A stretch of 60,939 nucleotides of DNA, filler included, from Dugesia japonica (lineage: Eukaryota), in assembly GCA_001938525.1 (NCBI GenBank). It is 5 parts of 5 records of this genome, joined end to end, with 100 filler letters (N's around TTAATTAATTAA, not from the genome) between each part and the next. Parts side by side here need not be neighbours in the genome. Positions count along the whole stretch, not along the records: positions 1 to 9,111 come from MQRL01367535.1; positions 9,212 to 24,922 come from MQRL01535845.1; 3 more parts are not named here. One strand, given 5' to 3'. The notes beneath the pieces were generated by a model that made no database searches, was not told the DNA's origin, and was given only the letters and a program-made list of their open reading frames with translations. Shown piece after piece: positions 1 through 11,092 of this stretch (position 1 is its first letter; each line of letters opens with the position of its first letter). Both the position numbers and the translations under genes were made by a program.

Positions 1-120
1 AGTGGATATTGGTTATTGATAGTAGATAGTGGATATTGATAATGATAGATGATAGTGGATATTGATAGTGGATAGATGAAAGATGAAAGATGATAGATGA
101 AAGATGAAAGATGATATTGT
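1..120. repeat. Low-complexity short tandem repeats (gatagtggatatt / gatgaaa) next to the pPolB 3' end; possibly subterminal repeats of Polinton copy A
   Basis: Repeated units gatagtggatattgat and agatgaaa are visible directly. Confidence 0.6.
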
Positions 121-129
121 TTTTTCTAA

Positions 130-3100
130 GTCAAAATAAAAATTATTATAAATAACTATGAGGAAAAGTAGTTATTCCATCTGATAAAATGTAGCGCTTG
201 TCATCAAATGGAGTAAGTGCTTTTTTCTCTTGTTTAGTTTGTTTTACTTCATGAAGTTTAGAATTTATTGAATAATTAGTACCAGTTATTGTTGAATTAT
301 TATACAAAACACTTTAATATTGTTGTGCAGTTATATTATTAGTATTACATATTCCCTTGTGTTTTTTTAAATTTTTTCTTTCTTTAACAAGATAATATGA
401 TTTTTCCTTAATGAAAAATGCTTCTGTAATTATTTCATCAGGATATTCATCCTTCATTTGAAATAAATTATTGCCAAATAAATGTTGAATTTTTAATTTA
501 AATTCACTCCATGTTTTCGAAGGATGAATAAATTCAATCATTAAGGAATCTGTATCACTGTAATGAATTGATTAGGAATTAGTACATCTACTTTGTTATA
601 AACAAAATCATACATTATTAATTTTGCATAATCCAATACAAACAAACCAATATATTGGAATTTATTATACAAAATTAAAGATTTAAAGGTTTTTATTAAA
701 GCAACTTATTCATTGATTATTGTAGAAGATTTATTTCCAAGTTTAGAAACTTGATTTAATATTTTCTTTTTAGATTTTGCCAAAAGTAAATTAAATCTAT
801 TTCTAACATTTTCAGGTGTTTTTCCAAAAAAGGCATTATTTAATAGTTTGAAAAATGAATTACCAAAGTCATTATTATTTACTTTTGCTTCCTCTCTTGA
901 ATTTATATTTGAAATGATATAATTCTTGAGCCAATATTTAGTAGGGATATTTATTTTACTATGAACTTTTTCAATAATCACTCCATGATCAACATAAAAG
1001 TCCAAAACTTGACCAAGTACAACATAATTGTATTTATTTTTCTGATTCATTATTAGTTTTTCAAATTAAGATTGCTTTTGATTAGATTGTTTAAATAAAT
1101 CTTTTTGATAATCACTTAGTTCATTATATTTTACTGTTTGTTTATTAACTGCTAATGTATAGTATTTAGTTTTATCTTTAATACTTTCAGGATAAATCTA
1201 CAGTATAAATGTGATCCATATAAATCTTTTCACCATTTACTACAGTGTAATTATCAGTAGTTCTAGTATAAGTTTTATTCAAATACCAACTCATTTCACC
1301 CCATCGTAATCGTTTAGTCATTGAAGCTGCATATAAAATTTTTTCATCAAGACATTTAATTGTGTGATTTGCATCAGCTATTACATGAAGATTTCCACAT
1401 ATTCCTGAAAATCCTCCTCTAATGATGGTTCGATAGTTAGAAACATGTCAAAGTTATCTCCATTTGCATTTATAAATTCAATGTTTGAAACTTTTATTCC
1501 AATTTCCCAAGTGAGTCCTGGTGCACCATAACAATAAATTGGATCAATTTCATTTCTATCCATTGATAATTTTCTGAAATTCTCAAAGAAATCAGCTAGA
1601 ATTAATACATCAAGTTTTAAATAATGCATTGTGTAATTCATCAAGTTGGGGAATTTAGCATACTCTATTAAAATATATATCATAATCAGATTCAGATAAT
1701 TTGCTTTGTCTTAGTACATTATGAAAGTGATTAATGTTTGGAGTATAATTTAATAGTTTAGTTTTTACTTCAGAATAATCTTTACCAGTTTCAAAGTCAT
1801 ATGGATAGAAAGCTTTACAAGGAGCAAGAGAAAATGAAGAAAGATGAGGATGATTTCTACTTTTTAATAAATCTTGATCCATTTTCTCTACAGAATGTCC
1901 ACTACACATTCTAAGTGAATCTAGAAATCTTAATCTATCAACTGTAAAAGAAATGTAGACATCATCATTTAAAGGAATTAGATTACTTATTTTATTTGGA
2001 CATTTTTCACATAATTTAGTAAAAACAAAATGATTATCAAATTTTGAAGCATTGTGAGCATAAACTGGAAGAAAATACTTTTTAGGAGATTCATATTTCT
2101 TGATGCATTCTTGATGACAATATCCTTGAAAATCAACATTCCAAGGATTAATTGATTTGTATATATCATCATGATTATCTTGTAAATTTAAATTACAATA
2201 ACATTTTTCAAGAATTAAATCCTAACTAGTTGGATTAATAATAACAAATTCATCTTCCAAATTTTCAGATTTAAATCTATTATTAATTAAAGTTTCAAAA
2301 ATATCATTAAACTTGAATAACCAATCAATAAATTCAGAAATACAATCTATTCCTTTAAAACATTTATAGATATTTCCCAATTTAGGATGTCTACTTACTA
2401 GATATAATCCCAAACAAAATGGAATCAATTCTTGGGTATTAGAATCTTTAAAAGTTTCAATATCAAAGTAAATAGTAAATGGATTCCAGTTTTTCATGTA
2501 AAATTTCCTAAACTTGTATATTTTGTCATTGGTAAATTTTATATCTGAAGATTTTTGTTTTAAACACAAGTTTTGATGATTAATTAATGATTCCTTTTTT
2601 CTTTATCCAGTCATACAATTAATACATAATTCTTGAGTGTGATTTGCTTTTAATTTTATCTTGTTTAGATTTCGAATTAAAATGTAGTGGTTATTCCAAA
2701 AGAGTAAATTACATTTATTATGTAAATGAGAAGGATTAGTATCGAAGTGAGAACAATAAAGTTTTAGAATTCTAGGTTCCCAATTAATTGGAGAATTCTT
2801 TGAGTGCATTACTTGGAAAACATTAACTTTAAAGTTATTTAATTTCTCAAACTTGGATAAATCTTTAATATTCATTGGCATAGTAATACCTTTCCAGTTA
2901 ATTGCTTGAATCTATAATTAAAAACTGAATCTCCTAGTTTAATGTCAAGATGAGCCATTATACAATATTTAAAACAATTAAAATCATCTTTTGGATTTTT
3001 TATGTTTAAAATTCTTGGAATATTATTCCATTCACTAGGTAAAGGAGAATAACCCTGTCCAGTTAACTGGCCAGCTAAAGACTCATAATCTGAAAGTTCA

Positions 3101-3846
3101 ATTGTAAAAGAATTAAACTTTTCAAAAGACCAACCTGATCCTTGAGTTTCAGTTGTAAATATATCTTCTGATAATTGATCCAACATGTTGTTAATAACTA
3201 GATTAATTTGACTAGACATTGTTATTTTTTCAGAATGAACATCATAATCTTTAATCCAGTTTTGAGGATTAGAAGTATTATCACCAGAAAAGTCTTTTGT
3301 ATAACTAGTTGAACATGTTAATAAAACTGCAACCTTTTGAAATTTATTTAAAAACAAATTAACCATTTCCTTTATTTCTAAAGAATAATCTTTTAATAAA
3401 TTAAAATTTATTCTATGGTTAAATTGATAAATATGCTGTTGTTCATTTTTAGAAATGTTAAAGTTTCTCTTTAGTTTAATCATTGTTTCTTGACAAGTTT
3501 CAATTTCATAATCTGGATAATCTTTAAATAAATCTCTTAGATTTGAATTATTATCATCTTAATCATCTGAATCATTATTATTATCCCAGCTAGCTGGATT
3601 ATCCAAATCACCTACTTTCATGACATGATTACGACCTTGTAAATGTCTATTATAATTAACTAAATTATCAAAATTAATATTACAAATATGACATCTTCGC
3701 CAAACATTTCCCATTCTACTTTGTTTAACTTTTCTTAAATGAGGTTTTCCTCTAAGATGAGTTTCTAGATGAGTAAAGCTTTTAAAATATTGATTACACA
3801 ATTCACAAAATTTTGAAGCAGTTGAAGAAACACTAGCTTGTGCCAT
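130..3846 (-). pseudogene. polB: Protein-primed family B DNA polymerase with N-terminal zinc fingers, fragmented
   Basis: Fragments in order: two C2H2 fingers (3559-3846, same frame as 2872-3483), QGSGWSF, YFDIETF (ExoI), KAFYPYDF, YLKLDVLIL (ExoIII), KLLNNAFFGKT (motif B), IHYSDTDSL (motif C, 542-568), FDDKRY. Confidence 0.93.
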
Positions 3847-3883
3847 TTTTAATATAGAAATAATTTGACCTATTTACTTTATT

Positions 3884-4597
3884 TTATTTTTTTATATTTC
3901 TCCAGTTAACTGGAGTCCAGGTAGCTGGTATCTGGAACTGACTCAACAACTTTGGATATGTTTGAGCCAACTCTTGAAGTTGAATTTGAATATCATTTTG
4001 AAAATTCTTATCTTGTTGCTGAACATTGTTATGTTGGTCTTTACCATGAACATTATTACCACTTCCAGTTAACTGGAGTTGATTTTTTACACTATTAATC
4101 ATATCCTTTGAAGTATTAATTTCTTCATTACTCAATTCATTATCCTCTAAAGCTTTTACATGAAAGATGAATAATTTATTTTTAGTTTCTTCCAATAGTT
4201 TAATTTTTGCTGTATATTTAATTATTCTATTTTTAATTAAACTAATACGCAATGAACCATGAGCTATTGAATAAATTATGGGAATTCCAGTTTTTATTCC
4301 TGTTCCTATTATTGGAATAGTAAAAGATAAAGTAGTCATTAAAATTATACTACCAGAAGCTATTCCTACTATTGTTTATATTCCAACATCAGTAAATCTT
4401 ATTCCATTATCAAATCTAGACCATCTTTTTAATAATTTGTTGTAATGTTTTAATTTTTCTTTAACCCATTCCAAATAACTTTGAAAATCTTTAATTCTTG
4501 TTTTGTTTAATTTAATTTTTAAATCTTGTTTAGTCTCTTCATATTCACTATTGGATAAATCAGGATAAAGTTTTTCACCAATTGATTGGATTGACAT
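3884..4597 (-). pseudogene. Conserved Polinton membrane protein (coiled coil plus hydrophobic hairpin), one in-frame stop
   Basis: ORFs 4376-4597 and 3884-4339 are in one frame; homologous to 19330-19988 and 51777-52377 (RIKDF, RW..FD, EE..TSK motifs). Confidence 0.75.
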
Positions 4598-5266
4598 TTT
4601 TTAAATAATTTATTTTGGATCAAGTTATCTATATATTTGATTATCCGTTTTTTAAAATTTTATACAAATATTTTGCATCTTTTAAATTTGTTAATATTAG
4701 AAAACTTTCAAGATAAAACCCCTTTGAAATGAATAATGAAAAATTACTATATTCTTTTAAATGAACTAATGATAAATTAATTGAAAATTTAAATGTTCCT
4801 TTTAATAATACATCATCATAACTAAAAGTTTTGTATATTGATGGATTATTATATAATATTAAGAAAAATTCAATTTTAGGATTTTCAACATATCAATTAA
4901 TTATAAAATACAAAACACTAGTAGTTTTTACCATTTCAAATTTTAATTCCAATCTTCCCAAGAGATGATAATATTTAATATTATCCTTTTCTATAATTTC
5001 TTCTTTTCTAACAAATGACATTTTTTATTTTAGTTTTATTCCAAAGATTTATAGTTGGTAAATTATCCTCCAATAAATCTTTTGTTGATAGGGAGAATAT
5101 AATATTTTCTTCATTCTTTTTCTTTACCCTATAATCACTTGTCCACTGATATAAAAAATAATTATTAATAAGGATATTTACTTCATTCAACAAATCTTTT
5201 GAATAAACTTGTTTTTCAAGTCTTTGCTTTTCCAACTTTTTAATTATAGTATTTAAGTTTTCATTA

Positions 5267-5863
5267 TCATGATGAAAAGGTGAAATTTTTTACCTTGTTT
5301 GATAATTGAGGTAAAGGATCATTTTGACATTGTAGATAAAAATCAAATTCATATTTTATTTTATCAATTTGTTGTTTTAACTTGCTACATTTTTCTTGAC
5401 TACAATTACTTGTTAATTTTTCAACTTGTTTCTTTAAATTTTCAACTTGATTCTTTAAATCTTCAACTTGATTATCAATATCACTTTTGGTTTGTTTTAA
5501 ATCATTAAGTATAATTAACATTTCACTTTTTTGTTTTATAAATTCTTTTTTACTTTCACTCAAGTGTAATTTATTACTTTCCATCAAAGTATCAATTATT
5601 ACTTGTTGTCTAGTTACAATTTTATTTTTTCTAATCAACTTTGTTTCTAATTTCATTTCCAACTTGTTGATTTCAGTTTGAATAAATTTCTTGTCATCAT
5701 ATTTACTATTTTTAATTTCTTCTTCATATTCATGTATTTTTAATTTGATATTAATTTTACTTTCTACTTTTCCATCAAATGCTTCAAGTATTTGAGAAGT
5801 ATTTTTATTTTCAAGTGTTTCACCAAATCTATTCATTATTAAATTTGAAAAGCTATGAGTCAT
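5267..5863 (-). CDS. Coiled-coil protein, positional homologue of 25274-25750 and 54238-54828
   Basis: MNRFGE versus MNKFGE/MNKFGQ N-termini; heptad repeats; lies directly downstream of the protease in all three copies. Confidence 0.65.
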   Translation of the reverse strand: MTHSFSNLIMNRFGETLENKNTSQILEAFDGKVESKINIKLKIHEYEEEIKNSKYDDKKFIQTEINKLEMKLETKLIRKNKIVTRQQVIIDTLMESNKLHLSESKKEFIKQKSEMLIILNDLKQTKSDIDNQVEDLKNQVENLKKQVEKLTSNCSQEKCSKLKQQIDKIKYEFDFYLQCQNDPLPQLSNKVKNFTFSS

Positions 5864-6353
5864 TTTTAATCATTTCTTTTTTAAGTAAGTCTTTAAATGT
5901 TTTTTTTAATTCTTTTATTACATCATCAAATAGAACATTATTTATCATTTTGTATAAAAAGTAAATACAAAAAATTCCACATATTCTTGTTCCCCAAGGT
6001 TGAACTTGAACTTAGTTCCATTTAATAACATCTGGGATACAATCAATTGGAGGTAAACTATAAGAATCAAAATAGTAACCTTTGTTATTAACCCCGGAAT
6101 AAGCAACCCAATGAGAACCTTTTTGTTTTGTATTTTGATAATTAATAATCCAATTTCCTCCAGGTGAAGTCCAACTAGCTGAGGTAGGAAACTCATTACT
6201 CATTACAACATTAATATCCAAGTTGAGAAATTCAGCTATTTCCATTAAATCAAAATTAGTCATTGTTGATATTCCAAATGTTTTAAAAAAATCTAAAATA
6301 TTCCAACCAACTTCCAGTTGACTGGGTTTGTTTGAATTAGTTTCTCTATTCAT
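5853..6353 (-). pseudogene. Adenain-like cysteine maturation protease, one in-frame stop
   Basis: GSHWVAY and YYFDSY, then after TAA at 6012-6014 VQVQPWGTRICG (His/Asp/Cys triad with oxyanion Gln). Confidence 0.88.
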
Positions 6354-7092
6354 TTCTTTGTCTAACCATTTTGTCTAAGATGTAATAGTATACTTATTTT
6401 TTCACCATCAAAATCTATAGTATTAAAATTTTCATCAAAAATATTTAATTTTATCCTAGACAAGAAATTTGTATTTACTCTAGAATATATTGGGTTTGCT
6501 GGTCTATCAGAATTTCTATATCCATATGGAACTGTTCCCATAGGAAGACAATGTAATAAATTATATTCTTTATTATTTAAATAATTACCTTGAACAATGT
6601 TACAAATAATATTAATTGTATTTACATCAATAATATTTATTTTATTTTGCTAAATCCAACTAGTTTCTTTATTAATTTTATAACCTGTTGTCAAAACATC
6701 ATATCCTAAAATTGTATGAAAAATGAAGTTTGGTCAAATTCAAGTAATAAAGAATTATTTTTTAGTTTATCTTTATCGCTGTGGTTAACTCCAACTAGTT
6801 GGGGAATATACAAAGTCATTATTGCTTTTCCTGTAGAAACATGAAATGTTAATAGTATTCCAGTTCCTGTTAATTTTTCTGCAATCTGTTTAATTTCATA
6901 TGCTCCTGGTGTTAATGATTTTTCAACATTATTAATTTTTTATTTATTATTTTTAATATTAATATTTAAAATCATGTTTGAAGTTGTAAACCAAATTAAA
7001 CCAATTTCACATCTTCCTTGTAATTCTAAACTTGTTGATAAAGTTGTTTCTAATTCTCCTTCTTTTCCAAATATTAAAAATTGATGAGACAT
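6345..7092 (-). pseudogene. Minor capsid protein (penton), decayed
   Basis: MSHQFLIFG start, PGAYEIKQI, IDFDGEKISILLHLR; aligns by eye to 26222-26899. Confidence 0.8.
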
Positions 7093-7166
7093 AAACCGAA
7101 CAAGTGAGCGTAGCGAACGAAGTGAGGTTTCTATTTATTATAGTTTTAGTTTAACCTTGTTGATGA

Positions 7167-8053
7167 TTAAGCACTCGCTAGATATTTTTCCACCAACCAA
7201 GAATATTTTACTTGATCTATAATCTTTGATTGTAGAAGTTGATTAATTATATTTTTAAATTCTTCTTCAAGATTATCATGTCCTGCTTTAATAGCTGAAG
7301 TTATCTTTACAAATTCTTCAATTAATTTTATTGGATTTCCCCAGTTAACTGGAACTTGTAAACCATATCCATAACTTGCTTCTCCTTTTTGTTCTTCATC
7401 TAGTTTTCCAGTTAGTATCAAATCTGTTTTAAATAAATTTTTTGGATTCTTCAAACTTTGAAATGTTTGGTCAAAAGGTGAATCTGTTTTACAAACTTTA
7501 ACATAGTTACTAGTAAGATAAAATTTTATATCAAAATCATTCAAATAAGATTTTCTAGCAATTAAATCATTAGAACCATATCCAAACATTAAATTTAATA
7601 CTTCTTGATTAAAAAGAATTTCTTTATTATTATTTTCAACAAGGAAATATTTTTTTCCTTGTCTTTCAATTGTTTTAATATTTATTTTTCCAATACTAAA
7701 TTGAGAAAAAACTTCATTTCCTCTAATATAAGGAGTTATAGATAAAGGTAAGTTATATTTTTTATTAATTTGAATAGAATTAAAAAAGTCTTCATTTTTA
7801 ATATCATCATTTTTAATATCATCATTTTTAATATCATTTTTAATATCATCATTTTTAATATCATCATTTTTAATATCATCATTTTTAATATCATCATTTT
7901 TAATATCATTTTTAATATCATGTTTAATATCTTCTTTTATTACATCTTTTATAGCTGGAAACTAACTTGTTGAAGAATTAAATTATTATATTTTTCTTGA
8001 GCATTAATTTGTTTCTTTAAAATTTTTATTCTATCTTCCATCCACGTATCCAT
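7167..8053 (-). pseudogene. Conserved Polinton protein with C-terminal SAxxAGHxN motif
   Basis: SAIKAGHDNLEEEFKNII, homologous to 26935-27768 and 49833-50780. Confidence 0.7.
7795..7935. repeat. 12-15 bp tandem repeat (atcatcatttttaat) encoding DIKND(D) repeats on the minus strand
   Basis: Directly visible; it generates the spurious MILK and NIIIF ORFs. Confidence 0.9.
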
Positions 8054-8065
8054 TTTATAAAAAAC

Positions 8066-8631
8066 TTATTTTCCTTGATAAGGATAAGGTTCTCCATCAT
8101 AAGGATAAGGATTTAAATATAAACCTTGACCAGATGGAATAATTTCTATTCCTTGTTTAAATTTCTTTTTACTCCAGTTAACTCCAACTAGTTGGGGCTT
8201 TCCTATAAAAGATTTTAAATACTTATGAATAGCTGTTCCTTGATATGAATTTAAATATAAACCAGCTCCTTGTGTTTCTACAATAGGTTGTTTTGCTTTA
8301 TTTAATTGAATATCTAATAATTCATTTATTTTATTAACATTAACAGCTTCACATGCATTGGAAACTGCTTTTGCAATCCCAGCGGCTGCACCAGCTACAC
8401 CTGCAGCTGCAGTTCCCGCTGCACCTATTCCTGCTAAAATTCCTGGTATTAAAGCTAATAGTGGAAATACTCCACCTTCTTTCTTTTCCTTTAATATTTC
8501 TTTAGTCTTTTTACCTATCTAATAATTTTTACCATTTATTTTTATTGATTTACACTTGTCACTATTTATCAATTCTAGTAATTCTTTTTTGCGGTGTTTG
8601 TTAATATGTTGCTTTGCATGTTGCTTGTCAT
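8066..8631 (-). pseudogene. Adenovirus pX-like core/membrane-active precursor
   Basis: EGGVFPLLALIPGILAGIGAAGTAAAGVAG followed by GAGLYL and GQGLYL motifs; one internal stop. Confidence 0.75.
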
Positions 8632-8686
8632 TTTTAATAAACCTAGTTTGAAGCTAGTTGAATATAGAAATCTCACTTCGTTCGGT

Positions 8687-8970
8687 TTAGAATAAACTAT
8701 CAATCAACATTTCCTTTTCCTTGTCTAGATAAAAATAATTGTATTTTGTTTTTCAATGATGATTAGTTTCAAAATCATATTCTTCTTTATTATTAAAAAT
8801 ATTACTAAAAAAATCATGATAAACATTATCCTTGTCTCTTTTACCCAATTTAAAAAATACAAAACAATTACTATTATTTCTTATAGAATTTTTATCCAAA
8901 TCGTAATATGTTTGAGATATATAAATTACATTCAATTGTTATGTCTTCCTCTAGTGAAATAACTTTTTTA
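8687..8970 (-). pseudogene. Packaging ATPase, C-terminal fragment, truncated by unrelated sequence at about 8970
   Basis: SYFTRGRH and NVIYISQTYYDLDKNSIRNNSN, near-identical to the ATPase C-termini in contigs 3 and 5. Confidence 0.85.
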
Positions 8971-9111
8971 AAAAATGACCGATACGAAAAATCCAACAAA
9001 CATTAAATTTATTCCACCAAAAAACAATGCATTAAAGTATCCGATAAGTCGAAATTAAATCCACGAGAAAGGAATGAGGTAAGCTTTCTGCCAATATTCT
9101 ATTAGAATAGT

Positions 9112-9211
9112 NNNNNNNNNNNNNNNNNNNNNNNNNNNNNNNNNNNNNNNNNNNNTTAATTAATTAANNNNNNNNNNNNNNNNNNNNNNNNNNNNNNNNN
9201 NNNNNNNNNNN
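9112..9211. other. Artificial contig linker (44N-TTAATTAATTAA-44N)
   Basis: Six-frame stop spacer; identical structure occurs four times. Confidence 0.97.
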
Positions 9212-11092
9212 GTTTATATAAAAATAGTAATAGAGGAAACGCGAAAAGCCAAAGAACTGTGCAAAGAATTAAAGGAAAAACTCTTAAAAAGAGTCCTAGA
9301 AGTAGCCAAACCTAAAATTAGGCCAGGAGTGATAATTCCAGTTGAAATTATGATAAAAGATGTTGGAGAAATGAAAGTTGTGGTGGTTAAAAGAGAAATG
9401 CTTATCGCAAAACAAACGAGAAAATACGTAGATGATTCCCCAGAAATAATGAATGCTACATTGGCACTGGATAAAGCCAAACAGTGGCGAAACCTGATAA
9501 CAACAGAAACTTACAAGAAGTTATTATTTAATGTTGAGGAATTATGCCGACACTATGCAGTAGCATTACCAGTTAAATCAAATTGGGCGGCCTCAGTAAA
9601 AGATTACAGACATAAAATATTTTCAATAACCAGGCCCAGTGGATTCAAAATCACGGTGGAATATGCAAAAGAAAGCCAACGAATCGAACTGGACTCTGTT
9701 TTAATATGTAGACTAAGAAACAAGGCTCATGTTAATACATCTTGATGAATTTCCCGACACATCAGCGGATTTGTGGAAACGATTTTCCATTCATAGCGTA
9801 TTAGAAATAAACGACGATATACGAAATATCTCCGAAACAGAAATTAAAACAAAGATAACAACTACAACGGCAACAGTAAACATGCTGCAAAGCACAATTC
9901 AAACAACAAAGTCAACGAATGACATTAGAAAAAATCTAGAAGAAGGATCAAGCGACGAAGATGAATCAAAAACTAGTAAACGGAAATTGCAGATAAAACC
10001 TGCTGAAACATACAATATGGACTCGGAAGAAATTAAAGAAATACTAACCTCTTTAGGTTATACTCAAATGGTTAAGAGTCAATCAGTCAAAAGAAAGATC
10101 CCAAAAGCGATGTATTGGGAAATTATGAATGTCCAGAACAATCCAATCATCATTGAATCGATCTTTATACGCGATTGCAATGGGCAGACATGCTAAAGAA
10201 ATATAAAGAGGATTTGCGTCAAAACACTACAGGTGACGACTATAAAATTATTCTACGATTTGGACAAGAATATTAAGTAATCGAAAAGCTACCATCGACA
10301 AGATCCGAAGATTTAATATCAATAATCAAAGATCTCCCGCAACAACTAAAAGAAAATGTAGACGGTGTAGAAGCGGGAAGTAATGAGAACTTACTTGATT
10401 TATATGTAGAGGATCAACATTTAGTTGATATGGGAATATGGCCAGGCACTAGTATCATTTATGTATGAAGAAGAGGAGATATGGAAAGCAGAAAAACAGC
10501 TCATCGATATTTTACACCAAGAATAGTACCAGCCATTTTAAAACCAGTAAATGATAGTTGTGATAGAGTAATTAAAGCTCGTAAAAGAAAAACGTTGGTC
10601 CCACTACAAGAAATATACGAAACAGCAGAATTGGATCAGCCACAGGATCAAAAGTTAGCTCGAATCGTGTTGACACTTTTATATAATTTTAACAGTTTAA
10701 AGGAAAAAAATATCCTTAAAATCATTGACCGATTCAATGAAATCAAAGCACATAAAGGAAAGTAATATCGGAAGGCAATCAACGATTTAGTATCAGTATA
10801 TGGTGAAGAGATTCAGGAAACCACAAGTTTTGAAATGCAACTGAAATATCCAAATGAATCAGAAGATACATTGATCATTAACGAAAATAACACTTGGAGC
10901 CAAGTTAAAAAATATATAGTTGAAGCCATTAATATTAGATACGAAAACGAACAAGCCGAGAGATCAGATGATGATGATATACAAGTAATATCACTAACAG
11001 AGAAATATATCTCGATATTTTACGGTCAAGAGATAACAGAAAATCACGATAAAGTACCAGTTTAATTATTAGGACTATGGAAAGGGTCGAAG

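Larger units (their letters stand above)
130..8970 (-). mobile_element. Polinton/Maverick (adintovirus-like) element, copy A, decayed and partial
   Basis: Co-oriented ATPase, pX-like, AGH-motif protein, penton, adenain, coiled-coil, TM protein and pPolB genes, with many stops and frameshifts. Confidence 0.92.

Noticed and set aside
7736-7973. ORFs made of MILK and NIIIF repeats
   Set aside because: Off-frame and antisense readings of the DIKND tandem repeat.
9156-9167. TTAATTAATTAA as a biological palindrome or piggyBac-type target site
   Set aside because: It is always centred in exactly 44+44 Ns, so it is an artificial spacer.
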